From contig CAVZYA010000002.1 of assembly GCA_963779415.1 (NCBI GenBank), positions 1,376,001 through 1,440,000 on the forward strand: a stretch of 64,000 nt of DNA. Direction: 5' to 3'. Positions 18,712 through 29,982 of this stretch are shown in pieces. Made by a program: the position numbers and the translations under genes. The first letter of the stretch is position 1. Every line of letters begins with the position of its first letter. The DNA is from an uncultured Acidobacteriota bacterium. GTDB taxonomy: Bacteria; Acidobacteriota; Thermoanaerobaculia; UBA5066. The notes below the pieces were generated by a model that saw nothing but the letters and a program-made list of their open reading frames with translations, was not told the origin of the DNA and did no database searches.

Positions 18712-20017
18712 TCAGCGCGCTCCCTTCCGCGGGTCGGTGATGACGCCCGCCACGGCCGAGGCCGCGGCGACGGCGGGAGAGCAGAGGTAGACCTCGGAGG
18801 TCGGGGTTCCCCATCCGCCCCTTGAAGTTCCGGTTCGTCGTGGAGAGGGCGACCTCGCCGTCCCCGAGCGCCCCCTCGTGGACGCCGAGGCAGGGGCCGC
18901 AGCCGGCGTTCATGACGACGGCGCCCGCCGCGCATGAAGTCGGCGATGTAGCCTCTTCGCCAGCGCCTCCTGCTAGATCCTGCCCGGAGGCGGGGAAGAC
19001 GAGCATCCGGGTCCCCGCGGCGACCTTCTTCCCGCGGAGGACGTCGGCCGCGGCGGCGAGGTCGTCGAGCCGGCCGTTCGTGCAGGAGCCGATGACGACC
19101 TGGTGGACCCTGACCCCTTCGACCGCCTCGACCGGCTTGACGTTGTCGACGGTGTGCGGGCAGGCGATCTGCGGCCCGAGAGCGGAGACGTCGACCTCGA
19201 GGACCCGCTCGTAGACCGCGTCGGCGTCCGGGGACGACGAGGTCGAGCGGGTCCGTGACGCCCGCTTCCTCGCGGAGGTAGCGGAGCGTCTCGTCGTCGG
19301 CGGGGACGATGCCCGACGTGGCCCCCGCCTCGACCGACATGTTGCAGAGGACGAGGCGGCCCGAGGTCGGACATCTTCCGGATCGTCTCGCCGTGGAACT
19401 CGAGCACCCGGAAGTTCGCCCCCTGCGCGCGTGAGCTTGCCGATCAGGTGGAGGATCAGGTCCTTCGGGCCGACGAAACGGCGGGAAGTCGCCCGTTCAC
19501 GACGACCTTGATCGTCGTCGGCACCTCGACGTTCAGGGCGGCGCCGAGCGCCCAGACGCTCGCCATCTCGGTGGCGCCGATGCCGAACGCGAAAGCGCCG
19601 AGCGCCCCGTGGCTCGTCGTGTGCGAGTCGGTCCCGACGACGACCTGGCCCGGGCCGGACGTAGCCGTACTCGGGAAGGATCTGGTGGCAGATGCCGCCG
19701 TGTCGCCCCGGATGTCGTGGAACCGGGCGATCCCGTGCTGCGGCGACGAACTGCGCGGACTTTCTTCTGGTTCGTCGCGGTCTTCGGCGACTCGGCCGGG
19801 ATCCGGTGGTCGAAGATGATCGCGATCCGCGACGGGTCCCAGACCTTCGGCGTCGCGCCCGGTCCCCTTCGTAGATCTCGAGGAACTGGTTGATGACGAG
19901 CGCGGCGTTCTCGTGCGACATCGCGAGGTCGACGCGCGGCTCGACGACGTCCCCCGCCTTCGCGCCGCGGGCGCCCGCGGCGCGGGCCAGGATCTTTTCG
20001 ACGACGGTCTTGCCCAT
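18712..20017 (-). CDS. Aconitase-family large subunit (LeuC/HacA-like), frameshifted in assembly
   Basis: [43 protein letters not shown] (three Fe-S Cys). Confidence 0.88.
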
Positions 20018-20046
20018 GTGGTGCTCTCCCTGTCGACGGATCTCCT

Positions 20047-21271
20047 TCAGACGACTTCCGCTCGATCGCTCTTCCTCAGCTCGGCGATCTCCTCCGCCGC
20101 GTAGCCGAGGCCGCCGAGGATCTCCTCCGTGTGCTGGGCCCCGAGGCGCGGAGGCGGCGCGTCGATACGCGCCCGGGCGTCCTTCGAGAACTGCGCGGTC
20201 AGGTTGAAGAGGGGGAGGTCGCCGATCGCCGGGACGCGTCGACGGTCCGCAAGCGTCCTCCGGTGGGCGACCTGCGGCTGCGCGAGCGCCTCCGCGAGCG
20301 TGAGGATCGCGCCCGAGGGGACGTCGTGCGCGTTGAGCGCCTCGACCCACTCGGCCGTCGGCCTGCTCCGCGAGCTTCTCCTCGAGGAGCGGCGTCAGAG
20401 CCTGCCGGTTCTTCTTCCGCGTGTCGCGCTCGGCGAAGCGCGGGTCGGCCTTCAGCTCCGGCACGCCGAGGACGTCGGCCACCGCCTCCCACTGCTCCTG
20501 CTTGTTGGCGGCGATGTTGATCGTAGCCGTCCTTCGTGCGCGAACGTCCCCGACGGCGCGGCGGTGAAGTTGTCGTTCCCGAGCAGCGACCGGCGGCTGC
20601 CCGCCGATCAGGAGGTTCGCGGCGACCCAGCCCATCAGCGGCATGATCGAGTCGAGAAGAGCGACGTCGATCATCTGCCCCTCGCCCGTCCTCTCGCGGT
20701 GGAAGAGGGCGGCCATGACGGCGAAGGCCGCGTTCAGCCCTCCGACGGTGTCGCAGACCGGAAATCCGGCGCGGAGCGGGTTCAGCCGCTCGTCGCCGTT
20801 GACGGCCATCTCGCCGGAGAGCCCCTGGATGATCTGGTCGTAGGCGGGCTTCTCGCGCGTCGGGGCCGGTCTGGCCGAAGCCGGAGATCGCGCAGTAGAC
20901 GAGGCGCGGGTTGACCTCGCCAGGCCTCGTACGCGAGGCCGAGCCGCTTCATGACGCCGGGGCGGAAATTCTCGACGAGGACGTCGGCCTGTCGCGAGCG
21001 AGCCTCCGGAAGACCTCGCGCCCCTCGGCGCGTCTTCAGGTTCAGGGTCACCGACTTCTTGTTCGCGTTCTGGGCGAGGAAGCTCGTCCCCATCAGCTCC
21101 TTGTTCAGCTTCGGGACGTTCCCCAGCTTCCGCGCGAGGTCGCCGTCTGTCGGGTTCTCGATCTTGATCACCTCGGCCCCGAGGAGGGCGAGGTGGAGCG
21201 TCGCGAAGGGGCCCGAGAGGACGTTCGTCAGGTCGAGGACGCGGACTCCCTCGAGGAGCCTTCTTCGTCAT
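20047..21271 (-). CDS. Class III CoA-transferase (CaiB/BaiF), frameshifted in assembly
   Basis: EGVRVLDLTNVLSGPFATLHL, VIKIENP, NANKKSVTLNLK, ENFRPG, PAYDQIIQGLSG. Confidence 0.88.
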
Positions 21272-22220
21272 GCCGTCCCCCGCGCCGGGGCGGCCGCTGC
21301 GGGACCGGCCCGGTCTTGTGGACGCGCCCCGGCATCTCGCGGCCGAAGAAGGCCGCGACGTCGCGGGCGACGTCCGATCAGGGCGGCGAGGTCGACGTCG
21401 CGTGCGGAGATCCATCCGCTGGAGGGCGTGGACGAGGTCTTCGGTCGCGACGTTCCCGGCCGCGACCTTCGTGAACGGGCAGCCGCCGAGCCCGGCGAAG
21501 GAGGACTCGAACGACGTGACGCTCCGGCGCGCGAGGGCGGCGAAGACGTTCGCCATCCCGACCCCGTAGGTGTCGTGGAAGTGGCAGGCCGCCTCGATCC
21601 CGGGCGCGAGGGCGAGGAGACCGCGAGTAGAGGCGGGTCACCTGCGCCGGGTGCGCGTGCCCGGCCGTGTCGGCGAGGCTGATCTGCAGGAGCCCCGCGT
21701 CGACGTAGGCGCGGGCAGATACCGAGAACCCGCTCCTCGGGAACCGGCCCTTCGTAAGCCGCAGCCGAAGGCCGACTGGACGGAGACCTGGACGGGCTTT
21801 CCGGCGGCGAGCGGCCTCATTCGCCATCGCAAGGATCCGCCGCGTCGCCTCCTCGGTCCCCATGCCCGTGTTCTTCCGGCTGTGCGTCTCGCTGGCGGAG
21901 ACGCCCATGCAGAACAGCTCGACTCCGCGGCGAGGCCGCGCTCGAGCCCCTTCTCGTTCAGGACGAGAGCCCGAGAGGAGGGCGCGTCCGTCCCGGCGCG
22001 CCGTCGCGTCCTGAGGCGGCGGAAGAGCGCATCGGTGTCGGCCATCTGCGGGACCTTCCCCGGGTGGACGAAGGAGCCCACCTGCACGACGTCGAGGCCC
22101 GAAGCCGAGAGCCGCGCGATCCAGTCGGCCTTCGTCTCCGTCGGCACGACGCGTCTTCTCCACCTGCAGGCCGTCGCGAGGCCCGACCTCGTGGAGGACG
22201 ATCTTCCGCGTCGGATCCAC
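21268..22220 (-). CDS. HMG-CoA-lyase-like DRE-TIM metallolyase, frameshifted in assembly
   Basis: EVGPRDGLQ, VPQMAD, SASETHSRKN, SLADTAG, HFHDTYG, GLGGCPF, GNVATEDL. Confidence 0.88.
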
Positions 22221-22232
22221 GTCGGCGGCGCC

Positions 22233-23358
22233 TCAGAGGGCCCGGGCGACGGCTTCGCCCATCTCGAGCGTCGTCGCTTTTCCGCCCATGTCGTACGTCC
22301 GGACCTTCCCCTCGGCGACGACCTTCGCGACGGCCGCCTCGACGCGGCGCCCCTTCTCCCCCTCGCCGAGCCAGTCGAGCATCATCTTCGCGGCGAGGAT
22401 CGTGGCGAGCGGGTTGACCTTGTACTGCCCGGCGTACTTCGGCGCCGAGCCGTGCGACGGCTCGAAGACCGCCAGCTTCTCGCCGATGTTCCCCGAGCAG
22501 CCGAAGCCGAGGCCGCCCACCATCTGGGCCGCGAGGTCCGAGATGATGTCGCCGTAGAGGTTGGGCGCCACGAGGACGTCGTACTCGAACGGGTTCTTGA
22601 GGAGCCACATGCAGATGGCGTCGACGTTCGCGTCGTCCGTCGCGATGTCCGGGAACTCGGCGGCGACCTTTCGTCGCCTCCTCGAAGAAGAGGCCGTCGG
22701 ACGCGCGGACGACGTTCGCCTTGTGGACGATCGTCACCTTCTCGCCGCCCGTGCTTCCGTGGCGAACTCGTAGGCGGCCCGGGCGATCCGCGAGGAGCCC
22801 TTCCGCGTGTTCACCTTGCAGGAGATCGCGTACTGCGTCGCGCGGGCAGCGGGGCGAAGGGCGCGAACGGCCTTCGAGAGCTTCGCGAGGACGCCCGAGA
22901 GCTCGAGCGGGACGGGCGAGAACTCGACCCCCGCGTAGAGGTCCTCGGTGTTCTCGCGGAAGATGACGAGGTCGATCCCGTCCTTGAGGTTGAGCGGATT
23001 CCCCGGGTAGGCCTTGCAGGGCCGCAGGCAGACGTAGAGGTCGAAGAGCTGCCGCATCCGGACGATCGGGGAGCGGTAGGTGAGCCCCTTCCCCTTCAGC
23101 TCCGGGACGAGCTCTTCCTCGGCCGCGCTGACCGGCTTCGAGGTGATCGCCCCGAACATCGCCGCGTCGACGTTCCGGAGGAGGTCGACGGTCCGCTGCG
23201 GGGAACGCGTCCCCCTCCCGGCGCCAGAACTCCCAGCCGATGTCGCCGTGCGGGTAGACGGCGTCGAGCTTCAGCGCGTCGAGGACGAGCCGCGCCGCCT
23301 CCATCACCTCGACGCCGACGCCGTCTCCCGGCAGCCAGGCGATCCGGTACTGACTCAT
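22233..23358 (-). CDS. Isocitrate/isopropylmalate dehydrogenase family, homoisocitrate-dehydrogenase-like; frameshifted in assembly
   Basis: LPGDGVGVEV, FGAITSKP, YRSPIVRMRQ, RENTEDLY, HKANV, NLYGDIISD, FEPSHGSAPKYAG. Confidence 0.88.
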
Positions 23359-23424
23359 CGAAAAGCTCCCCCGCGCCCCTTCGGGAGGCGCCTTCCGAAG
23401 CGTCGCCGGGCCACGATCCATGGT

Positions 23425-23446
23425 CCATGAGCCAGATGGCTCATGG
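23425..23446. promoter_or_regulatory. Perfect palindrome, candidate operator upstream of the dehydrogenase-lyase operon
   Basis: CCATGAGCCA-GA-TGGCTCATGG: 10-bp arms with a 2-nt spacer. Confidence 0.5.
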
Positions 23447-23470
23447 CCGGAGCGCCCCTTGGTTGCGACC

Positions 23471-24953
23471 TCACCAGGGGAGGCCGCGGATCTCCCGCGC
23501 GCGGCGGTAGACGGCGTCGTACGCGGAGGCGGAACGGTCCCACGAGAAGTCCTGCGCCATGCCGTTCGCGATCAGGCGGCTCCACGCGCCGGGGTGATGG
23601 AAGAGCCCCTGCGCCCGGAGGATCTCGGCGGCCAGCTCGTGCGAGGCGGGGTTCTCGAAGACGAAGCCGGTGCCGCGGTCGAGGTTTTGGCCGTCGAAGC
23701 CCGCGACGGAGTCCGCGAGACCGCCGACGCGCCGGACGATCGGAGGCGTCCCGTAGGCGAGCGAGTACATCTGGTTCAGGCCGCACGGCTCGAAGCGCGA
23801 CGGCATGACGTAGGCGTCCGATCCGGCCTCGATCTTGTGGGCCAGCTCCTCGCTGTAGCCGACGAAGGCGGCGGCGCGCCCGGGGTGCTGCGCCGCGAAC
23901 CGGCGGATCGCATGCTCGAGCTGCGGCTCGCCCGTGCCGAGAAGGACGATCCGGACGCCCCGGCGGATCAGCTCGGGCGCGGCCCCCATGACGAGGTCGA
24001 AGCCCTTCTGGTCGGTCAGCCGGCCGACGGAGCCGAGGACCATTCCGGTGTCGTCCGGGTCGAAGCCGGCGATCCGGCAGAGGTCTCGCCGGCAGAGCGG
24101 CTTGCCCGAGAGGTCGGTGAGCGAGTAGCGCGCGGCGATGGCGTCGTCGACGGCGGGATTCCAGACGTCCGTATCGACGCCGTTCAGGATTCCGACGAGC
24201 CGGTCGCTCCGCATCCGGAGAATCCCGTCGAGGCCGGCGCCTCCTTCGCGCGTCGTGATCTCCCAGGCGTAGGTGGGCGAGACCGCCGTGATCATGTCGG
24301 CCGCCACGATCGCCCCCTTGAGGAGGTTGACGGCACCGGCGAACTCGATCGCCCCGCCCGTCCACGCCTCCGGCGGGAGGCCGAGCGCCCGGAACTCCTC
24401 CGGGCCGTAGACCCCCTGGTAGGAGACGTTGTGGATCGTCAGGACCGAAGCGACGTCGTCGAACCAGCGGTCGCGCCAGCTGCTCCAGGCCCCCAGCATG
24501 ACGGCGAGAGCGGGGTGCCAGTCGTGCGTGTGGAGGATCTGGGGGCGCCGACCCATCCGCCTCATCGCCTCGATCGCGGCCCGGACGAAGACCGTGAACC
24601 GCCAGAGCCCGTCGTCGCGCCCCGAGGCGTCCGGCGCATAGATCCGGGTCCGGTGGAAGAGCGGGTCGTGCGCCACGAAGAAGACGGGGACCGTGCTTCC
24701 CGGAAGCGTTCCGCGGAGAAGGCCGATCGTGTAGGCGCGGCCGAGGACGGAGACCTCGAACGGGGGGATCGCCTGCTCGGGCCAGGTCGAGCCTCCGGCG
24801 ATACCAGTCCGCGGTCTCGAGGTGGAACGGGAGGAAGACGTCGACGTCGTGCCCGCGGGCCGCCTGGGCCTTCGGGAGCGCGCCGACGACGTCGCCGAGG
24901 CCTCCCGTCTTCGCGAATGGAACGCACTCGGCAGAGAGGTGCGTGATCCTCAC
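23471..24953 (-). CDS. glgA: Glycogen synthase, frameshifted near 24790
   Basis: SAECVPFAKTGGLGDV, HTHDWH, TIHN, GILNGVD, MPSRFEPCGLNQM, VGGLADSV. Confidence 0.92.
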
Positions 24954-25815
24954 GCGGCCCCTTGCGCCGCCGGCCGCGGACTCCCAGAGAACCGCGGCGT
25001 AGCCGACGACGCGCGAGAGGTCGCCGAAGGCGTCGCCCGAGTCCCCCTGCGCGACGATTCGGGGCGGCGCGGCCCCGAGGATCTCGAGCGCCCGGAGGAG
25101 CGCCGTCGCGGGGAGGACGCCGCACATGGAGATCCGATCCCTCCCGAGGATCGTGTCGAAGAAGGCCTGCGGCTCGCCCGCTTTGAGCGCGGCGAGGGCG
25201 CGGTCGTCCTTCACGCGGTTCTGCGTCCGGGGAAGGTAGTGGTTGAGGTCGGAGGAGACGACGATCGCCACGACGCTCGCCGCGCTCGCCGGCGCGGTGG
25301 ACGGCCCCGGCGACGGCGTCGCCGACCGCGAGGCAGAGAGCGAGATCGGGCTCGCCGATGGAGACGCAGACGATCGAGAGGTCCGGGACCGCCTTCTGGA
25401 GGAACGGGAGGATCACCTCGATCGAATGCTCGTCGCGGTGTGCCGCCTCGTCCTCGCGGATCTCGCGGCAGAGGGAGAGGAGGTCGGCCGCGAAGGCCGC
25501 GTTCGCGGGGACGTCGCCGAGAGGCGTCCTCCATGCGGCGGAAGGCGACAGGGCCGCCGCGGCGCCGGCCCCGTGATGGTTCGGGCCGAGGAGGAGGACG
25601 GTGGACGGCCACGCGACGGAGGCGACCCCCGCCGCGGCGATGCCGCCGGAGTAGACGTGACCGGCGTGGGGGAGGAGGAGCGCCCGGAAGCGCTCCGCCG
25701 GGACGCGGGGAGAGGAGTGCGCGGCGAGAAGCCGCCCGACCGTGGCCGAGAGGCGCGCGGGCTCTCCCTCGTAGAACGTGCCGGCGACCGCGGAGGGCCG
25801 GACGGATCTCTTCAA
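24950..25815 (-). CDS. AmmeMemoRadiSam system protein B (MEMO1 family), frameshifted
   Basis: VRPSAVAGTFY, PHAGHVYSG, GPNH, EHSIEVILPFLQ, SSDLNHY, SMCG, VVGYA. Confidence 0.88.
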
Positions 25816-26653
25816 TTCACGAGGACGGTCGCCGCATGGCGTCTCGCCCCGGCGGCGACGGTGATGGTCGCGGTCCCGGGCCCTTCGGCGCGGACGACGC
25901 CGTTCGCGACCGAGGCGACCTTCGGGTCGGAGGTCGTCCAGACGAGCGCCGGCTCCTCGACGAGCGCCCCGGTCGAGTCCTTCACGACGGGGTTGATCCG
26001 CTGCGTGTCCCCCGTCTTCAGGATGAGGGTGAGCGGGGCGATGTCGAAGGAGGCGATTTCGCGAAAGAGGACGCGCAGCTCGCACCCGGCCGACAGCTCG
26101 CTGCCGAGGCTGGCCGTCACGGCGGCCTTTCCCTCGGCGACCGAGGTGACGAGGCCCGTATCCGTCACCGCGACGACCTTCGGGTCGGAGGTCGCCCACT
26201 TCGCCGGGATCGCCACCGGCTGTCCCTTCGAGTCGCGGGAGTCGATGGTGAGGTTGAGGGTCGTTCCGGCGGGACCGACGAGCGTGGCGCGGGGCGGGAT
26301 GACGGACATCGAGGAGACGTCGACGACCTCGACCGAGGCCGTTCCGGAGAGCGGCGCCCAGCTTGCCGACGATCTGCGTCCGGCCCGGGCCGACGGACTT
26401 CACGATCCCCGAGGGCTCCACCGTGGCCACTTTCGGGTTGGAGCTTTCCCACGTGACGTTCTGCGTCGGGAACCGGCTTCCCCTTCTTGTCGAGGACCTC
26501 GGCCTTGACGGAGACGTGGCGGTCCTTACCGAAGACCAGGATCTTGGGCGGCGTCACCCGCACCTCGGCCGGCTTCGGCCTGCACGCGGAGAGGAGGACG
26601 CCCAGGAAAAGAAGCGCCGCGATGCCGCGGCGCGGCGTGCTGGCTTTCCTCAT
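25812..26653 (-). CDS. Lipoprotein with Ig-like (Big_2) repeats, frameshifted
   Basis: LLSAC lipobox; repeated W-x-(T/S)SDPKV(A/V)xV...G...G motifs. Confidence 0.78.
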
Positions 26654-26667
26654 GTCGTCGGCCGATT

Positions 26668-27401
26668 CTAGCCCGGAGGAGGCCCCTCTTCCTCCTCTTC
26701 GGGGCTCTCGGGCGCGGACGGAGGACCGAAGGCGCGCTCCTCGATGAGCGCCGCGCGGCGCCGGTGCGCGGCGGGATGGGCGAGGTAGTACGCCGGACCC
26801 GGGATCATCGCCGCGAGCCATGCGGCCTGCGGACCTCGTCAGGCGCGCGGCCGGGACGCCGAAGGTGTTTCGGGCGGCGGCCTCGATCCCGAAGACCCGC
26901 TCGCCCCACTCGACGGCCGAGAGGTAGTGCTCGAGGATCTTCTCCTTCGGGACGAGGGCGTCGAGGACGAGGGCGATGGCGGCCTCGCGCCCCTTCCGGA
27001 AGAGCGACCGGTCGGAGGAGAGCCAGAGGTTCTTCGCGAGCTGCTGCGTGATCGTCGAGGCCCCGTGCCTCCACCGCCCTTTCCGGCCGGCGATCTTCCG
27101 GTTCCACCGGGCCGCTTCGCGGACGGCCTCCCAGTCGATCCCCCGGTGCTGGAAGAAGCGCGCGTCCTCGGCGGCGACGACGGCCTCGACGAGGGCGGGC
27201 GCGACGTCGCGGAGGGGAACGGGGCGCCGGTCGATGGCGTCGCTCTTCCCGGCCGCGCGAAGCGCCGCCTGCCGCGCCCGGATGAAGGCCGTCGTCCGCG
27301 GGCACGCGCCACCGGAGGGCCACGATCGCCGGAAGCGGCACGAACCAGAGCGCCCCCGCGAGAGCGAGCGCGACCGCGAGAAGAGCGCCGGGACGCTTCA
27401 G
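26668..27401 (-). CDS. mtgA: Monofunctional peptidoglycan transglycosylase, frameshifted
   Basis: AAEDARFFQHRGID, GASTITQQLAKNL, RKGRE, EWGERVFGIEAAA; start uncertain. Confidence 0.85.
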
Positions 27402-28747
27402 CCGACCGTCTCTGCGAGAGCCGCCCGCAGCCTCTGGACGCCGAGGAGCGCTTCGTCCTTCGTCAGCGTGAGCGGAGGCCGGAGGCGGATGGCCTTCTCG
27501 CCCGAGGCGAGGGCCATGACGTTGTGCTTCCGGAGCCACGTCGCGAGGACGTCCCCCCGGGTCTTTCCGTCGGGGAGGTCGAACGCGATGAAGAGCCCGC
27601 GGCCGCGGACGTTCGTCATCCGGCCCGGGAACTCGGCGGCCAGCTCCTCGAGCCGCGCCTTCAGGAACTCTCCGACGACGCGCGCGTTCTCGATGAGGTT
27701 CTCCTCCTCGATGATCTCGAGGAATCGTCGGCAGCGGATCATGTCGACGAGGTTCCCGCCCCACGTCGAGTTGATCCGCGACGAGACGGCGAAGACGTTC
27801 TCCGGCTCCTCGAGGATCCGGTCGTTCGACGCGAAGCCGCAGACCTGAGTCTTCTTCCCGAAGGCGAAGAGGTCCGGCGTAACGCCCATGGCCTGGAATC
27901 CCCACCAGTGGCCGGTCAGACCCATCCCCGTCTGGACCTCGTCCATGAGGAAGAGCATGTCGTTCTCGTCGCAGAGCTCCCGCAGCGTCCGGAAGAACTC
28001 GGGGCGGAAGTGGTTGTCGCCTCCCTCGCCCTGGATCGGCTCGATGATGAGGGCGGCGATGTCGTCGCGATGGTCGACGAGGGCCTGCCGGATCTGCGCC
28101 TCGGCGATCCGCTCGCCGGCGACCGTCCGCTCGAGGCTCTCGGGAGTGAGGGGGAAGACGAGCTTCGGGTTGGTGACCCGCGGCCAGTCGAACTTCGGGA
28201 AGTACATCGTCTTTCGCGGGTCCGCCGTGTTCGTCAGCGAGAGCGTGTAGCCCGAGCGTCCGTGGAACGCCTGCTCGAAGTGGAGGATCTTCGTCCCCAC
28301 CTCGCGCCGGTAGCCCTTGCGGAAGTTCTTCCGTACCTTCCAGTCGAACGCCGCCTTGAGCGCATTTTCGACGGCGAGGGAGCCCCCTTCCACGAAGAAG
28401 AGGTGCCTGCCGTGGCTCTTCGGAACCGCGAGGCGGGCGAAGGTCTCCACGAAAGCGGCCATCTCGCACGTGTAGATGTCGCTGTTGGCCGGCTTGTTGA
28501 CGGCGGCGCCGGTCAGCTCCTCCAGGAACTCCGGCGACGTCATCTTCGGGTGGTTGTAGCCGATCGGGCAGGTGGCGAACTGCGAGAAGAAGTCGAGCAC
28601 CTCGACGTCGTGCAGGGAGTCGTAGAGGACGTTCCCGCGCGACCTCTTCAGGTCCATGACGACGTGATAGCCGTCCACCAGCATGTGCCGGGAGAGGCTC
28701 GCAAGGACACTCTTCGACTCGATGACGGAGGGGGCGAGGGAGGCCAT
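27398..28747 (-). CDS. lat: L-lysine 6-transaminase (class III PLP aminotransferase)
   Basis: KPANSDIY, AVENALKAAFDWK, AFHGRSGYTLSLTNT, EPIQGEGGD, GKKTQVCG, SRINSTWGG. Confidence 0.9.
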   Translation of the reverse strand: MASLAPSVIESKSVLASLSRHMLVDGYHVVMDLKRSRGNVLYDSLHDVEVLDFFSQFATCPIGYNHPKMTSPEFLEELTGAAVNKPANSDIYTCEMAAFVETFARLAVPKSHGRHLFFVEGGSLAVENALKAAFDWKVRKNFRKGYRREVGTKILHFEQAFHGRSGYTLSLTNTADPRKTMYFPKFDWPRVTNPKLVFPLTPESLERTVAGERIAEAQIRQALVDHRDDIAALIIEPIQGEGGDNHFRPEFFRTLRELCDENDMLFLMDEVQTGMGLTGHWWGFQAMGVTPDLFAFGKKTQVCGFASNDRILEEPENVFAVSSRINSTWGGNLVDMIRCRRFLEIIEEENLIENARVVGEFLKARLEELAAEFPGRMTNVRGRGLFIAFDLPDGKTRGDVLATWLRKHNVMALASGEKAIRLRPPLTLTKDEALLGVQRLRAALAETVG

Positions 28748-28790
28748 AGCGGGCGGATTCTATCCCGGCGGAAGGGGCGGCGCCGCGCCG

Positions 28791-29945
28791 TCAGCTTTTC
28801 AGAATGACGGGAACCGCGCCGGCGGCGCCGGGGCCGGGAGGGGCGGCCACGACGCAGTTCTTCCCCTTCGTCTTGGCCGCGTAGAGGGCCGAGTCGGCCG
28901 CCTTGAGAAGCTCGTTCTTCTGCTCGGGCGGCGTCTGCTTCGGGGGACAATGCGCCCGGTAGGAGGCGACTCCCGCCGACATCGAGATCACGTTCTTCAG
29001 GTTCAGCGCGGGCTCTCCCGGGCCGATCGCCATCGGCAGGAACGTCCATTCCGCGACGGCGCGGCGGAGGTTCTCGGCGACGGCCGTCGCCTGCTCGAGG
29101 TTCTGGTCGAGGAGGATGACGGTGAACTCGTCCCCCCCGTACCGGCAGGCGAGCGAGACCGTCTCGGCGAGAACCCTCTGCATGATGAACGAGACCTCCC
29201 GGAGAACCTGGCTCCCGGCAAGGTGTCCGTGCTCGTCGTTCACCCTTTTCAGGTGATCGCAGTCGATGAAGAGGAGCGCGAGGTCGCCCTCCTTCGTCCC
29301 CGAGAGCCGCTCGATCTCGCGCTGGAGCTTCCGGTGGAAGTAACGGTCGTTGAAGAGCGACGTGAGCGAATCGCGGCGCGCCACCTCGCGCGCCCGGCGC
29401 TCGTCGAGGAGGTTCTGCAGGGCGAGGGAGAGGGTGTCCCCGAAGAGCTCCATCAGCCGCTCGTCCTTCCGGGAGAAGGCCTCCTCCTCGAGCCGGTTGA
29501 CGAGGGCGAGCGAGCCGCAGATGTTGCTTTCGATGACGACGGGGACGGCCAGGACGTTCCGGACCTCGAAGCCGAGGAGCTGGTCGAGCTCCCGCGAGAG
29601 GGCGGCGGCGCCGCCGATGAAGTTGATGGCCGTCTTCTCCCCTCGCGCGTAAACAAATCCCGCGATCCCGTCGACGGGGCGCACTTTCTGTCCGACGACG
29701 GCCTCGGCGAGATCACCGGCCGTGACGATCACCGTCAGCTCGTTGCGGGATCGGTCGTCCTCCTTCGACACCGGGTCGTCGAGGAGAAGGACGCCGACCC
29801 GGGTGGGGACGAACTCGAGCGCCCGGTTGACGAGGGCAATCAGGAATCGCTCGGGAGGAACACCGCTCGTCTCGTCGAGAAGACGGTGCCGCTCCATGTA
29901 GCGCGAGAGAAGCTTCGGGGAGATCACTCTCGCCGGCGGCGTCAT
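28791..29945 (-). CDS. GAF-GGDEF diguanylate cyclase
   Basis: GAF region (GIAGFV, VLAVPV); DSLTSLFN, VNDEHGHLAG, RYGGDEF. Confidence 0.92.
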   Translation of the reverse strand: MTPPARVISPKLLSRYMERHRLLDETSGVPPERFLIALVNRALEFVPTRVGVLLLDDPVSKEDDRSRNELTVIVTAGDLAEAVVGQKVRPVDGIAGFVYARGEKTAINFIGGAAALSRELDQLLGFEVRNVLAVPVVIESNICGSLALVNRLEEEAFSRKDERLMELFGDTLSLALQNLLDERRAREVARRDSLTSLFNDRYFHRKLQREIERLSGTKEGDLALLFIDCDHLKRVNDEHGHLAGSQVLREVSFIMQRVLAETVSLACRYGGDEFTVILLDQNLEQATAVAENLRRAVAEWTFLPMAIGPGEPALNLKNVISMSAGVASYRAHCPPKQTPPEQKNELLKAADSALYAAKTKGKNCVVAAPPGPGAAGAVPVILKS

Positions 29946-29982
29946 GCTGTCCGATTCTAGGTCACCTCCCCTGGACAGGCCG

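Noticed and set aside
23355-25271. Apparent MEMO1-GlgA fusion ORF
   Set aside because: The junction has a GTGA start/stop overlap at 24950-24953 and lies in the indel-rich zone; one indel explains the in-frame join.
18205-27401. Apparent mass pseudogenisation (many frameshifts in nine consecutive genes)
   Set aside because: Catalytic motifs are intact and the breaks are small indels spread across unrelated genes, also at 31.7, 43-46, 54 and 58-61 kb. This fits low-coverage long-read errors better; read polishing is needed to confirm.
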